Positions 41,430 to 54,237 of a stretch of 64,000 bases of DNA are shown in pieces. The notes below the pieces were generated by a model. It was not told the DNA's origin, searched no databases, and was given only the letters and a program-made list of their open reading frames with translations. The position numbers and the translations under genes were made by a program. The first letter of the stretch is position 1. Each line of letters begins with the position of its first letter. The stretch comes from Octopus bimaculoides (Eukaryota): assembly GCF_001194135.2 (NCBI RefSeq), contig NC_068997.1, positions 57,308,273 to 57,372,272 on the forward strand, read 5' to 3'.

Positions 41430-43060
41430 AGCAATGTAGAATGGAAGACTGAAAGACCAAACTGAAACAGAGAATAAACAACACTTTACGAAGCGAAGCA
41501 AATAAGATAACCTAGATGTCAGTAGATAATACAAAAACATTAACAGGAATAACGTTAAGTATAAAATAAACAATGAGCAAACATTACAGCAAACACTGGA
41601 ATCTTGAAAATAAAACTAACAAAAAAAATATCAACCTTCAATAACAGATTAACGATATTGTAGAATTAGAGGAAGAAAAAGCAACAACAACAAAGTGCTG
41701 TTTCGAAACTATGCATTTGAAGGTAATCCCATCGAAATTCTATAGATCTTTACGCAGTAACAACCTGAGCAGATAAGAGTTTCGAAAAGAAGAATTAAAG
41801 ATATTTTGGAAGCACATTTTTGAAAAGACATCTAAGTATAACAAAAAAAAAAGCTTGTTAGAGGACTCTGCAACAAAACAAGAAGTTGGGAGGTGATCTC
41901 TGTGAAGAATTAGAGGGTATGGGCTATGGTGGGTTTTGAACGGCTTCAGAAATTGGAAAGAATATCACGAATTCATAATGTACCGAATTCTTTAGAGATC
42001 GCTATCATATGATATTACAAAATATACATAATGGTAGATCAGAGCAGCTTTTTGGATAGTCTGGAAGAATTTAGATGGATTCTAATTAGGATTACAATAA
42101 TTTTCTCTCAGAAAAGACCCAACGGAAGATCCCTCCAAATAAATTGCATTACCTCTTGATTCCGATTAGTGTATTAACAAATCACATTAACCTCCATCTA
42201 ACTAGCAAATAAAAATACAAGGAGATAATGAGATTTTAACAAATTAATGGCCCAGAAGATGATGAGGATTTCAAATTTTGGCACAAGGACATCAAATACG
42301 GGGGAGGGGAAGTCAATTATATCAACACCAGTGCTCAACTGGTAGTTATTTTTATAGACCCCGAAAGGATGAAAAGCTAAGTCGACCTTGACGGAATTTG
42401 AACTCAGATCGTAAAGACGGACAAAATATCACGATTCTGCCAGCCCGCAGCCTTAACATTAACAATAATAATAATCCATTCTACGAAAGGCACAAGACCT
42501 GAAATTTTGAGGGATGAAACTAATCGATTGCATCAACCTGAATGCTAATCAATTTCGATCAAGAACAATCAACATGGGAGAAGAAACCCTACTCCGTATG
42601 GAATTACATGGTCAGTTCCACTGTGAAACCAACAAATTAAAAGATCAGGATGCATTGTGGAGGTGGCTCAACAAGGGTGACCTAAAAAAGAATATGGAAA
42701 TCCTAATCATCGCTGCCCAGGACCAAGCATTGAATACCAACTCAGTAGAAAAGAATCTATACCACACAAGTGAAACGGATCTCTTCAGAATGTGTGGGAA
42801 GAGGGTCGAAAGCGTGACTCACATTGTTAGTGCTTGTGGAAGTCTTGCGCCGAAAGAGTACAAGCGTAGAACCAACAAGTTAGCCCAAAACCCCCACTGG
42901 ATACTATGCTGTAATTATGGATGTGAGGTGCTTGTTACCAACAATAACCAGAAAAGACAATGAAGAAAAGGGGAAACAAATATCCTCTGGGACATTGACT
43001 TTTAGACAGACAGTGTGTTAGAGCACCGAAGCCCCCCGGATATAGTAACCTTTAGGAGGA
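41430..43060 (+). mobile_element. Internally deleted R4/Dong-type non-LTR retrotransposon, interrupted by SINEs and ending at a Tx1/L1 fragment
   Basis: KYKINNEQTLQQTLES, PSKFYRSL..KEELKIFWKHI, an RT-start remnant at about 42080-42230, ORF 42514-42963 LHGQF..WRWLNKGDLKKNMEILIIAAQDQALNTN..RMCGKRVESVTHIVSACGSLAPKEYKRR (CCHC knuckle) and ILWDIDF*TDSVLEHRSPPDIVTF. Confidence 0.85.
42266..42513 (-). mobile_element. Family-1 SINE plus the 3' tail of a second copy (head-to-tail)
   Basis: Reverse complement of the 4884-5082 sequence (TTTCAAATTTTGGCACAAGG..GACCCCGAAAGGATGAAA..GAATTTGAACTCAGA..ATTCTGCCAGC); second tail at 42474-42513. Confidence 0.85.
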
Positions 43061-43061
43061 A

Positions 43062-43825
43062 CTAACACAATTTGTCGGCCTTGATTTTAGCCCCTGCAAC
43101 CGATTCATATTCTTTCAGGATGGTGCCGACCGTTTCTACTTGAGAGGCGACCGACCCCATCACGGTGACGTCGTCCGCGTATGCCGACACTGGTCTTCCT
43201 TGTCCCAGTTCGAAAGGGATATCCCTTAACTGTTCCAACTTCCGCAGCAGTAGCTCGAGTGCCAATACGTCCAGAAGAGGTGACAGTGGGCACCTCTGAC
43301 GGATCGAGCCAGCGATGCCAAACGGCTCCGATAGGTGGCCGTTTGCTTTCACCACTGAACAAGGGCCACTACGCATTGCAGCGATCCAGGCACTAAAAAC
43401 GGTTCAAAATCGCCTGCTTTTAGGGCGACTTTCAAGTAGCGGTGGCAGACCCTCTCGAATGCTTTCGATGGATTTAAATTGATCGGAGCACCCCTGAACC
43501 CAGCTTTGGTCCCATTCCGCTCTATGATGTATCGCGTTACGTGGAGGTCGTCGTGATAGACCTGCTCGGGATTGCGGAAATTTGCACTTCTCCGACAAGG
43601 CTACTGACGACAGGCGCCAGCGTTTTTACCAACATCTTGGTCAAAATCTTGATCTTTGTGTTTAGCAGAGTTATTGGCCAAACATTCTCTAATATGTCCC
43701 CATTGTTGACGTCCTCCCTCAGCAGTGTCACCACACCTCTGCTGACAGCACTAAACATTTCCCCGTTCTGTTGCCAGTTGAGGTAGACCTCTTCCAAAAG
43801 GTCTCCAAATAGATTTGACATGAAT
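43062..43825 (-). mobile_element. Tx1/L1-clade reverse transcriptase fragment (frameshifted)
   Basis: RGVVTLLRED..WPITLLNTKIKILTKML, SIRQRCPLSPLLDVLALELLLRKL and AYADDV (YADD at 43170-43181), YESVAGAKIKADK. Confidence 0.9.
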
Positions 43826-43827
43826 GT

Positions 43828-44175
43828 AGGCGCGTGCGTGGCTATGTGATAAGAAGTTGAATATATGGTTCCGGTTTGAGTTACACTTGGGCAAGTGTTT
43901 TCTATTATAACCTCGGGCCGACGAAAAACTGTGATTGAATTTGGCAGATGAAAGCTAAATGGAAGCCTCTCGTATATACATATGTGTGTATCTTTGTGTT
44001 TGTGTTTCTCTCCATAACCAGTTGGTAATTTCTGCTTGTGGGCTCACATTCTATAATCTAGCGGTTCGTCAAAATATATCGCTAGAATAACTACCAAGCT
44101 TTAAGTTCAATTAAAAACGTTCATTACGGTAGTGTCCCAGCAAGGCGCACTTTAGTGACTGAAACAAGTGAACGA
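43828..44175 (+). mobile_element. tRNA-derived SINE (family 2)
   Basis: Head GGCGCGTGCGTGGCTATGTGATAAGAAG, CTTGGGCAAGTG core, CCTCGGGCCGAC, internal (TG/TA)n, tail CCCAGCAAGGCGC..GACTGAAACAAG. Confidence 0.75.
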
Positions 44176-44544
44176 CAGACGATAACAGAATATATAGCTC
44201 TATACGTACAAATACCCAAACGCATTCACGATACACGCCCACACCCAGAATATGAGCTGTGAGGGCTTGTGGAAAGGTTAAAGTTTTGTCGGTGAACTTT
44301 AAACTTCGTTTGCTCTCAAATTATTCTATGCGGGAGATCAGGAGCAGCCAGCGAACTGCTGAAGGAAGAGAGCTAAGCGCACACACATACTAGCAGACTG
44401 AAGCAAGATGACATGACTACATAGCTGCACACACACACATGGACAGACATACATAAACACCTATACACAAATACACAGACACACATTCGAACTTATGTGT
44501 GGAGAGAGAAAGATGGGAGGAAGACAGAATTTGTGTATGCTTGC

Positions 44545-44610
<66 letters not shown>

Positions 44611-44734
44611 CTGTGTGTGTGTCTGTGTGTGCGTGTATATACATATACACAAAACGCATAGACACGCAGACGTATATAAACATACATATATGTGTTTGTG
44701 TGTCTAAATACACATACACAAACATATGTATTAT

Positions 44735-44786
<52 letters not shown>

Positions 44787-45368
44787 TGTGAATGAGTAAA
44801 AGAGAAAAGGACTGAAAGAGAGAACGAAATTGAGAGAGAGGGTGTGAGAAGTGTATTCTATTTTGAGTGAAGAAACTTGCAAAGCGTTGCTAATGTTGGC
44901 GAGCACTTATTGACCCAAAGAGGCTGTGAAGCAAAAACTCAAACATCTTTAAGCCGAATGCAGTGAGGCTTAGAGAGATTGTTGTAGGAATGTAAAAGTG
45001 AATAAGGAAATAGTAATGGGTGACAAGTGTGAAATCAGCAATAAATCAGTATTAGTGGAGAGGAAGGAGAGATGAGGATGCGAGGGGGAAGGTGAAAGGG
45101 ATAGCACAAGATGGAAAGAAAGGTATGAGAGAAATATGAAGGGGGGATAGAGTCAGTGAAAGAGACAGAGAGAGAGAGAGAGGGGGGGGGAGGGGAAAGA
45201 CAAAAATGATAGAGATATAAGTAGAGTATGGGAGTGAAATGAGAATGGAGAAATAGGGAGAGTGTCATGGTTATGCCAACTTGGAGAGAAAAACAGAGAA
45301 TTTATAACTATGAAAGAGAGGGAGAGAGGGAGAAGTAGTGACTAAAGGAAGAGAAGTGCAGGAGATAA

Positions 45369-45444
<76 letters not shown>

Positions 45445-45989
45445 NNNNNNNNNNNNNNNNNNNNNNNNNNNNNNNNNNNNNNNNNNNNNNNNNNNNNNNN
45501 NNNNNNNNNNNNNNNNNNNNNNNNNNNNNNNNNNNNNNNNNNNNNNNNNNNNNNNNNNNNNNNNNNNNNNNNNNNTATATATATATATATATATTACTGC
45601 ATCCATTTTATTTTCTGTCATTGGACTGAAGTACCGCATTTACGGACAACTAATTAGCCACTAATTTTATCGGTATCAACTCATCGCTGCCAATTCAGCG
45701 CAGACTTAATTTAGTTCCAAACTATTTTCTTGGTGTCCAACTCATCGCCTTAGTCAACTGATAGCTAGTAACTGAAATACGTAAAAAGTCAGAATGATAT
45801 TAAATAAACCAAAAAACATCTTTCTTTATGCAAAATAATAATAATGTGTTTAAATGAAAAAGAAAAAAAACAGGAAAAATTATTATAAAGACAGAAAAGG
45901 AAAAAAGAACTAATTTAAGGAAAATATTCAAGTAGATAGTTCATAGGTTGCGAAGGGAGAGAGAGGAAATAAATGTGTCGCTGCCACGA

Positions 45990-46410
45990 AAACATGGCTT
46001 TTTGGAATAGGATTTTAAGAACAGTTGATTATTTCGTCCTTTAAGATTATATTCTTTATTGTTTATAGCTCCATCTTTGCTATAACTTCTCAATTCTACT
46101 CTAATGCTTCTCTTCACCATATTCGACCAAAGTCTGTTCGCAATCGCCATGTTAGATCCCGTTTAACTTTTCGCTAAACCTGTTGCTGTTGGCAATGCAA
46201 GTAAAGGAAGGCGTCTTCAGTTTCGAGTAAACGCACCTTCTATTTTGCCTGTTTATGTCGAAAATCCTGATCACAAACTTGTTTGATCTTGCGCTGCCAG
46301 TAGAGTGCTCTCGGTCTCCTTTTTAGTGTTCCTTTAATCAGCCAATGGCACCTATTTTTGCCAGCAACGTCTGTTGTAACTATTTGGAATTGATTGTGTA
46401 GTCCCTTCTT
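45990..46410 (-). mobile_element. Very degenerate R4/Dong-type fragment
   Basis: ELHKKGLHNQFQIVTTDVAGKNRCHWLIKGTLKR and, after a frameshift, LAAQDQ; the same region as 42590-42730. Confidence 0.55.
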
Positions 46411-46889
46411 GTGTAATTCTTCTTCATTATTATTGTTATTAGAAGAAGATATGAAGCATGATAACGGACGCGGACAAAGCAGGTGTTGCGGCTTCATCGC
46501 ATACGTACAAATATGTGCGCGCGCGCATGAGTGCTTTTAAAGAGAGGGAAAAATAAAGAAAGGTTCGAAATATAAAGGACTTTAGTGAGAGAAAAAAAGA
46601 GAGGAATAAAAGGTGGAAGAGGAAGATATGGGAGATATTGAGATGGAAGGGAGAAGATATAAGACAAAGACATATATTGGAGGAGAAAGTCGTAAACGAA
46701 ATGATGAACAGGAAGTGTAAGCAAGAGAGATTGAGAGGGAGAAATACATAGAAATACACTGACAGAGAGAAAGGGTAGACAGAAAAAAAGAGAGGGAAAA
46801 CAAGAAGCAAAATACGAACATATTAAAAAGAGAGAGAGAAAGATTGCTTAAACAATTGAGAGACGCTCAGTATACCCAGAGAGAAAAAA

Positions 46890-46946
<57 letters not shown>

Positions 46947-47340
46947 GGGAGAGAGATATAAGAAAAGAGAGAATGAAAGATACGTTATCCATAAAGCTAT
47001 TGTGATGCCAAGAGACCTGCATGATTTGTGGAACGAGGTTTACATTAGACGCAGCCATATTTAAATGTCCTCCTCCAGTTGAAATAACAGGACATTCAAC
47101 AAGTTTTATTGCTGACTATTACTAAATCACCTCACTTGTCTCTCTGACAATATGGCGCACTCCAATAGAAGCAACATTGAGAAATGTTGACTCCATTTTT
47201 TTCATCATCTACCATCAACCTCTCTCTTTCCATTTCTCATTTCTAAATTACAACCAAGTGTCTTTCGCTTTTTGTATCTAATCATCGCTTATATCCTTGT
47301 ATCTATCTAATCATCGCTTATATACATACATTTATTATCT

Positions 47341-47384
<44 letters not shown>

Positions 47385-48069
47385 GTGTGTGTGTGTGTGT
47401 GTGTGTGTGAGTGTGTATGCATATGTACGTGTGCACCTGTCCTAATATTACACACACACACACACACGAACAACTACATTCATTTTAAGTCGTGCAGGCG
47501 TAGTTTGTGTCAGATGGAGGCTCACTGTGCTACCACTTGATGTCGAGTTCAGTCCCCAAGCGCAGCAACGTAGACAAGTGACTTCTACAATAGATTGATG
47601 TGACCAATAAGTACGAGCGAATTACGTGGACGAAGTCTATGTCGAAACACGTCAGATAGTGTCGTTGGATAATATGTATGACAAAAAACAGAGCTTTCTT
47701 AATCAAGAAATTTAGCAAAACAATGATGAAAAATGATATAATCTTCAGTAATGAAGAAAAGTGTAAGTGAATGTCATGTGCGGTGGATTGTAGGACATGC
47801 AAATCACTATTTGTTTTAATATGTGTGGGAATGTGTTTGGTTTAAAGCCTGAAAATCAAGCGAGGAGACTGATAGAGCAAGCGAGTCACACTTATTCTCA
47901 CAGGTATCGAACCACACTTCTTCTGTATGAGAAACACTTCGATCAGAACCAGAAGTACTGGAACAGACGACGATATATGCCCTTACGATACCTGGGCCAA
48001 TGAAGAACACTTGATTGCCTAATATCCTTCCTGAAGGAGAGGAAAATCAGAGGGAAAAGACAGCATAAG

Positions 48070-48170
48070 AACAGGGCCAACAAGAATTGCAAGCCCAAAA
48101 AGGAAATATCATGGAGGCTGTTTGTAGAGAAACACCTAGAATGGACGCTGTGGATGAAACGAAATTGTCC
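48070..48170 (+). mobile_element. Possible Tc1/mariner transposase relic
   Basis: RLFVEKHLEWT followed after a small deletion by DETKL, resembling RLxFAxxHxxWT..W(S/T)DE(T/S)K. Confidence 0.3.
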
Positions 48171-49189
48171 TGTTCTATGTCACCTACACAAGGACACAAA
48201 GAAAGACTGAAAAAAGTCAACACAGGGTTAGACACTTCGCGGGATTTCATTCTTCAAGTTGCTTTCAATTAGATCCGAGTAAGGAGACATTGTAGTAGGG
48301 GGGGGGTGACTCTTCGGTAAATACCTTTTCTTATAGATATATGGGTGGTATTAATAAATGGTTCCTCATTCCTGATTATCATGCTACTTTTCCAGTTTGT
48401 CGTCGCGTGACTGACATACTTCAGAAATGTTGAGGCTGTGTAAGTAGAATGATGCCAGTATCAGTGACTATGGGATTCTATCGAAAGCCTTTTAATAGAC
48501 ATTCCATGCAATCCTGCTATTTTAACAGTCTTCTAAAATGGCTTCATTCTACAGTCGTTGATCATCACAACTGTACATCCATCTCTGCAACGCTTGTAGT
48601 TTTTCAAAATATAATTATTTGACAGACGTGTAACTGGCCGGTTTTATATTATCACCACCACCACCTCGTACACCACCACCACTGGTTTCTACAGGTGAAA
48701 ATGTTAGCGGGATATGGTAACGAACTACTGGTGGGTCTCATATGTTTTGCTTTACAAAGAATATAACAACCTAAAGAGACATTTGGCTGTTATTACTAAC
48801 AAGTCAAGGAGCAATTTGGACAAAGTTGTCTTTGACTGTAGGAGCATCAAGATTGAGAAAGAAAGTATTAGGAATGTCCAAGAGGGTTTGCAAAATAAAA
48901 TGTTGAGTTTCTTTCCCGAAAATAAACTGCAAAATGCTACAGCATCCCACTCATAAATTGATAAATAAAAAAAAAAACAATGCGTATTTATGCGAGAACA
49001 TACTGCACAAATATTCGCGCGTAGATGCATGTATATGTGTGTTCGAAACGTAAAACCACCTTTTTTTCCTCCCCTGAGCGTCTGCTAATACTTTGCATGT
49101 ACCACGTGTTCGCGTTGTTCTTTTTCTTGTGTTTCTTAGTTTTTTTGGGTGGGGTGGTATTTACTATATATATATATTCATACACACAC

Positions 49190-49229
<40 letters not shown>

Positions 49230-50404
49230 CTATATTTCATATTTATTTTCGCGTACGTGTGTATGTGTGCGCGTGCGCTAGAATGAATTATAAATTATTG
49301 GAGAAGAAACAATAGCTTTGACATTTGACTGCATTAGGCATCCTGAATAACGAGTGACGCCATGCAATGAAGACGTTTACAGTGGAAAAGAGAAAGTTGA
49401 GTTGACGTAGATCAGTTGGTAGTAAAGCTAAACTTAGATGATGGCTATTTCCTTTGGCAAATATTTCATGTTGAGAAACAAACATTACTGAATTGCTTCC
49501 CAGAAAATCAACTATTGATACGGATGTAAATTAAATGGAGGCAAATCCCAAAAGCAAATTTAGTCAGCCACCACTATTAAGAGATACATCGTTTTTCATC
49601 TCATGTTTATATTTCAAGATTTCCATATCGAACACCCGCTTTCTTTCTTTGTTTATTTTACTTTTTAATATACAAACAAAGCATAGAAATCAATACATTC
49701 CCCTTCATTTTTTTCCTTAGAATTCTTTACTTCATGTGACAGAAAGGAGTCCGGCTTGCAATTTTTGGGTTAAATTTCCCCAGCGTCTACTATCATCAGC
49801 TTAAAGAAGACGATTCATCATTAAAGATCGCGGTGTAGAATAGATGATGTATATATCTCTTTATACCTACCTACCTACCTACCTGTCAGTCAGTCAGTCT
49901 ACCAATCTATCTATCTATCTATTTATTTATCTATATATCTACCTATCTATTATAGTTAGATAAATAGATAGCTAGATATACATATGCACACAAACATACG
50001 CATGTACAGACACATTTTTTTTACGTGGTTTGATATCTTGAAAGGACTCTTGTTTTCGAGTATTAGAAATCTATATACAAGCCAATTGGATATCTCACAC
50101 ATTTATACGAATGCGAAGAAAACAGAAAAAAAGTCTTTTAACATTGGATGGAATCGCGGACATTAGATTGGTGAGTTATAAAAGGGGGAAAAAATTGTGA
50201 AAATCAAGTGGGATCTTTATCATCTGGTGTTTGCCTCTTCTTTATGTCTTTCCTATTCAATGGACATGTTTACATCCAACATAGATAAACCTATAGGAAT
50301 AATAATAATGCTAATAACAACAATAATAACGATGATGATGATGATGAGGAGGAGGAGGATTCATTAGTGTCATTGTTGTTGTTGATGCTATTGTTGTTAT
50401 TATT

Positions 50405-50540
50405 AAGGCGGCGAGCTGGCAGAGAATCGTTAGCTTACCGGATAAAATGCTTAAAGATATTTCATCCGTTTTTACATTCTGAGTTCAAATTCTGCTGAGG
50501 TGGCTTTGCTTTTCATTACATCGGGGTCGATGAAATAAAT
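50405..50540 (+). mobile_element. Family-1 SINE, 3' truncated
   Basis: AAGGCGGCGAGCTGGCAGAGAATCGTTAGC..CTGAGTTCAAATTC..TCGGGGTCGATGAAATAA. Confidence 0.85.
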
Positions 50541-50614
50541 AACTTCTTCTCTTCCCCCTCTTTCCTCTTCTCTTCCCCCTCTTTCCTCTTCTCAGAATCA
50601 TTATTATTATTTCA

Positions 50615-50920
50615 GAAAAACGCGATATCTACAGCATGGAGAGTCTGCTGTTGAGAGTTCAGTCCAGATGGGCTGGACATGTTGTTCGAATGGAAGGTGA
50701 TCAGATTCCAAAAATTCTTTTGTATGACTAACAAGCAGAGGGAATCCGCGGTAAAGGAAGACCCCTGCTAACGTATAAGGATAAGATGAAACAATCACTA
50801 AAATCCATTCAGCTTAATTTTTCATTTTAGGAAAGTTATTGCCAAGATCGATGTGAGTGGCGTAAACTGTGTCATTATGCATCAATTTGAGTTGAAGAGA
50901 CAGAAAAATAGAATTTTATC
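50615..50920 (+). mobile_element. RTE-clade LINE 3' fragment
   Basis: YSMESLLLRVQSRWAGHVVRMEGDQIPKILLYD*QAEGIRGKGRPLLTYKDKMKQSLK..QDRCEWRKL, the canonical RTE C-terminal RWAGHVxRM..GRP motif. Confidence 0.9.
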
Positions 50921-51129
50921 CTTTAGCCATCAATACCTGGTAAATTCAAAATCATCATTGTTCCCATTGGAATTTCAAAGCAAATTCCATAACTGAACTC
51001 AAATTACATTAAAGTAACTTTTGCAAATAGATGCAGCTTCTCTTTCAGTCCTTTTTGTTTTCTTTCATCGTTTTCCAGTTTAAATCCATTACTTCAAACA
51101 CTCATCCGTCGAAATCGAAGGGATTCTTC

Positions 51130-51512
51130 TTCTTCTTCTTCTTCTTACTTTTCAGAGCTCTTCATCTTACTTACTTTGGTTGGTTCTTTGAGAGCGGACT
51201 GAAACCTGTTGTCAAAGATCTCACAGTGTCTCTCAAGGTTCTTTCCCACGAATTACAAGGTTTGGTACTTACATGTCAAGTATCATGGAAAATACGTAAC
51301 ACCCAATCAACAATCTCAAAATCCTCACTGTCCCCAACAGAGAAATTTTAGGGCATGCTTTACCCTCACCTCAAGACCAATTTCTCCGGCTTACTTCTCA
51401 AACTTGGTTGTCAGTGCCCTACAACTACTGCGATGGCAGTTAGACTTCTTATTCCCCACATTTTTGCAATTTCGTCATTTACAAACTTATGTTTCCCCAC
51501 TTTTTCCAGCTT
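51130..51512 (-). mobile_element. R4/Dong-type retrotransposon 3' end with (GAA)n tail
   Basis: RKLEKVGKHKFVNDEIAKMWGIRSLTAIAVVVG..SLLGTVRILR, a 3' UTR, then AAGAAGAAGAAGAAG. Confidence 0.8.
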
Positions 51513-51550
51513 TCTGTCTACTACCCTAACCCTAACCCTCTGTCTACTAC
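51513..51550. repeat. Short interstitial telomeric (TTAGGG) insert flanked by a 12-bp direct repeat
   Basis: TCTGTCTACTAC (51513-51524) + CCTAACCCTAACCC (51525-51538) + TCTGTCTACTAC (51539-51550). Confidence 0.7.
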
Positions 51551-52053
51551 GTGTACGTCCCCTTGATACACGATTACAAAAGAAAGCATTGTATAATAAC
51601 TTGGCTGCTTGCTGCACCCATGAATTTATCCAATGAGATTGTAAGTGTGTTTTCCGAAAATATAAGTTTCAAAGTTTGCTTCCCATTATCTGTTCATTCC
51701 TTAAAATTTCTCTGAGTGTGTTGAGTGTCACCAGAACTAAATTGGTGGCACCGAGCAAGTGTCAAATGTAAAGATTTATGACACCATGCTTGGATATGCC
51801 ATGTTTGTTATAACAAATTATGTGTGTATGTGTGTGTATATATCTATTCATATACACATATATATATTCATATTCATACACACACACATATATCTGTATA
51901 CATATATACATACATACGGTTATACATATAGACAGAGAGATATAAGTGCAAAGGTATATAGTTTTGTAGAAGCACATGTCAGATAAATGGAAAGGTAAAT
52001 AGAAAGATAGAAAGAAAATGGCAGACAGACAGATCGGCAGGTAGGCAAGCAGG

Positions 52054-52092
<39 letters not shown>

Positions 52093-53575
52093 ATAAAGAT
52101 TTTTGTTGCAAGTCATATTTGATTGCCAATATTACATTTCTTGTCGACTTTGGTTAAGATGTGCTTCATAGCATCATATGAAAATAATTGTATGTTATTA
52201 CTAATATCAAAGAGAAAATTAAGATAAATGATTTTGTACAAGTGGTGGAGCAAAATAGTAAGCTAAGTGAGTAGATGTATTAATGTAGTAGAGTCGAAAG
52301 GGATCTAAAAAAATGAAATGAAAAAAGAAAAATATATTCAGTTTTGAAATATATTTTTTGTCGTACTACCAACTCCATTTCCTGTCTCCAAACATAGATG
52401 AGACAAAATATAGACCGCGGAGAAGATATTTACGTGTGCTTGCTAAAAACAAAACCTAAAACATGGGGAAAGATACAGAAACTGCATATACAACAGTGAT
52501 CATAGGATGGCTCCATCACGGTTAAAGCCAGGATAAAGACGAATAACAACAAAAAACGACGAAGATAAAGGAAAGAACTGATACACTAATCGATACGACA
52601 AAAGAAGCCTGTCTGTCGTTATTGATTGCTAGAATTATCATAGAAATTTATCTCGCACTTCAGAATATGGTTTTACATTGTACAATGTAGTCCTATCACT
52701 CCTAGTCGCGGCTCAAAGCTTCATGACAGGCCCAACTATCTTTAAAGTATTAGCAAATATATATTAGATAAGTTCATCATACATACATTATGACAGAAAA
52801 AATTACAGTGGGGTCACCTTTAGAACTTTTGACGAACTATTTAGGTCCAATTTTGTTAGGCAACAGCAAAAGCAACGGCTATCAAAACCCGAGACAAGAT
52901 GATGTCCAGTTTGAGGGGTGTTTCAACGAATCAGGTCTGAATGAAGATAGAACAAAGCTGAAATACAACGAAGAAGTAAAATAAGAATCATTAAATAAAA
53001 TTTGGGAGGCCAAAACCCGACAGGAGGCGAGGATGAAGGAGAAATAAAAAAAAACAAAACAAAACAAAAACAGATGAATAAAATTATTGGAGATAAAATA
53101 TATGGATGAAAATGAAGAGGTGCGATGTATGAATGAGAGTTAAGAAAAGATAAGTGAATGAATGAAGAACTAGAAGAATAAAACATTGAAGAATAAAATA
53201 TCAAATGAAAAATATCTCAAAGAACGAAAATAATTCTGATTCAAAGAACCAGATTCGTTGCCAAAACCAATTAGAATCGTTCCAACTTCCGGAAAAGAAA
53301 GTTGTTCCAAACAACAACAGTAACAACAATGCTCGTGATAATGATGATGATAATGATCATGACGATGCAGAAGTTGGTAGAAGTGTGGAGACCATAATAT
53401 TACGAAAGAATTTGGATTAAATGTTGTTTACTTAAGTGTGTACACAAGCACATTGAAACATGTATACATACTAAGATACACACACGCACACCACCACATA
53501 TATGGACATTTCTTTTATTATCACGCACACAATCTTGTGTGTGTGTGTGTATGTGTTTGTGTGTGTGTATAAGAA

Positions 53576-53830
53576 GGCGCATGGCTTAGTGGTTAGGGTG
53601 TTGCACTCATGATTGCGAGATCGTAGGTTCTATTCTCAGATCGTTGCGTTGTGTTCTTGAGCAAAGCACTTCATTTCACTTTTCTCTGCGATCATTTCGT
53701 CATGATAACGTGACACATGGTGCACCTGTACAGGTAAAGTTGATCTGTTGGAAGGATTGAGCTTATGTGAACACAAACACTTGATCACTATAAACAAATC
53801 ATCTGTGAGGTTGTTCGACAAGAAATTATT
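53576..53830 (+). mobile_element. tRNA-derived SINE (family 3)
   Basis: A-box TGGCTTAGTGG, degenerate B-box GGTTCTATTC and GTGTTCTTGAGCAAAGCACT core. Confidence 0.7.
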
Positions 53831-54237
53831 TTCTCTATTAGCTACTAGGGCCTGACATAGAGGGACGATCAAATGCATGTGGGTGAGGTCGTACCTAAAA
53901 GCGTGTACACAGTTTTAACAATGGTAAAAGGCTAAAAATTGCACCCAAAAGGGAGAGTATTCTGGGTTGGTCGTGGAAATCTCACACGCCAGATGTCAAC
54001 TTAATCACTACGGCAAAGGCCTAGAAGTTTATGTCCAAGTTAGATGCATTCATTCGAACTATTCGTGCAACTTTTGCCTATCTTTCCACAAATTTGCACT
54101 AGGGCAGTTTCTCCCTTTCTTGTCTCAGTTTTCTTTTCAAGTGGAACTTAATATGGTTAATTAAACCACTACCGGAAAGAAAGGTGCCCGCCCTTAATCC
54201 TTTCACCCGCGACAACTACACAGTCTCTTTTGCCCGT

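Noticed and set aside
48714-48956. 80-aa ORF as an exon behind the acceptor at about 48694
   Set aside because: The acceptor is not in continuous frame with the ORF, there is no donor, and no recognisable homology.
52790-52984. 64-aa ORF MTEKITVGSPLELL as a small gene
   Set aside because: No recognisable domain, splice signals or promoter support; the length is within chance expectation.
53576-53645. SINE heads (also at 4884, 43828 and 50405) as tRNA genes
   Set aside because: They have A/B-box remnants only, run into SINE body sequence, and lack a complete cloverleaf.
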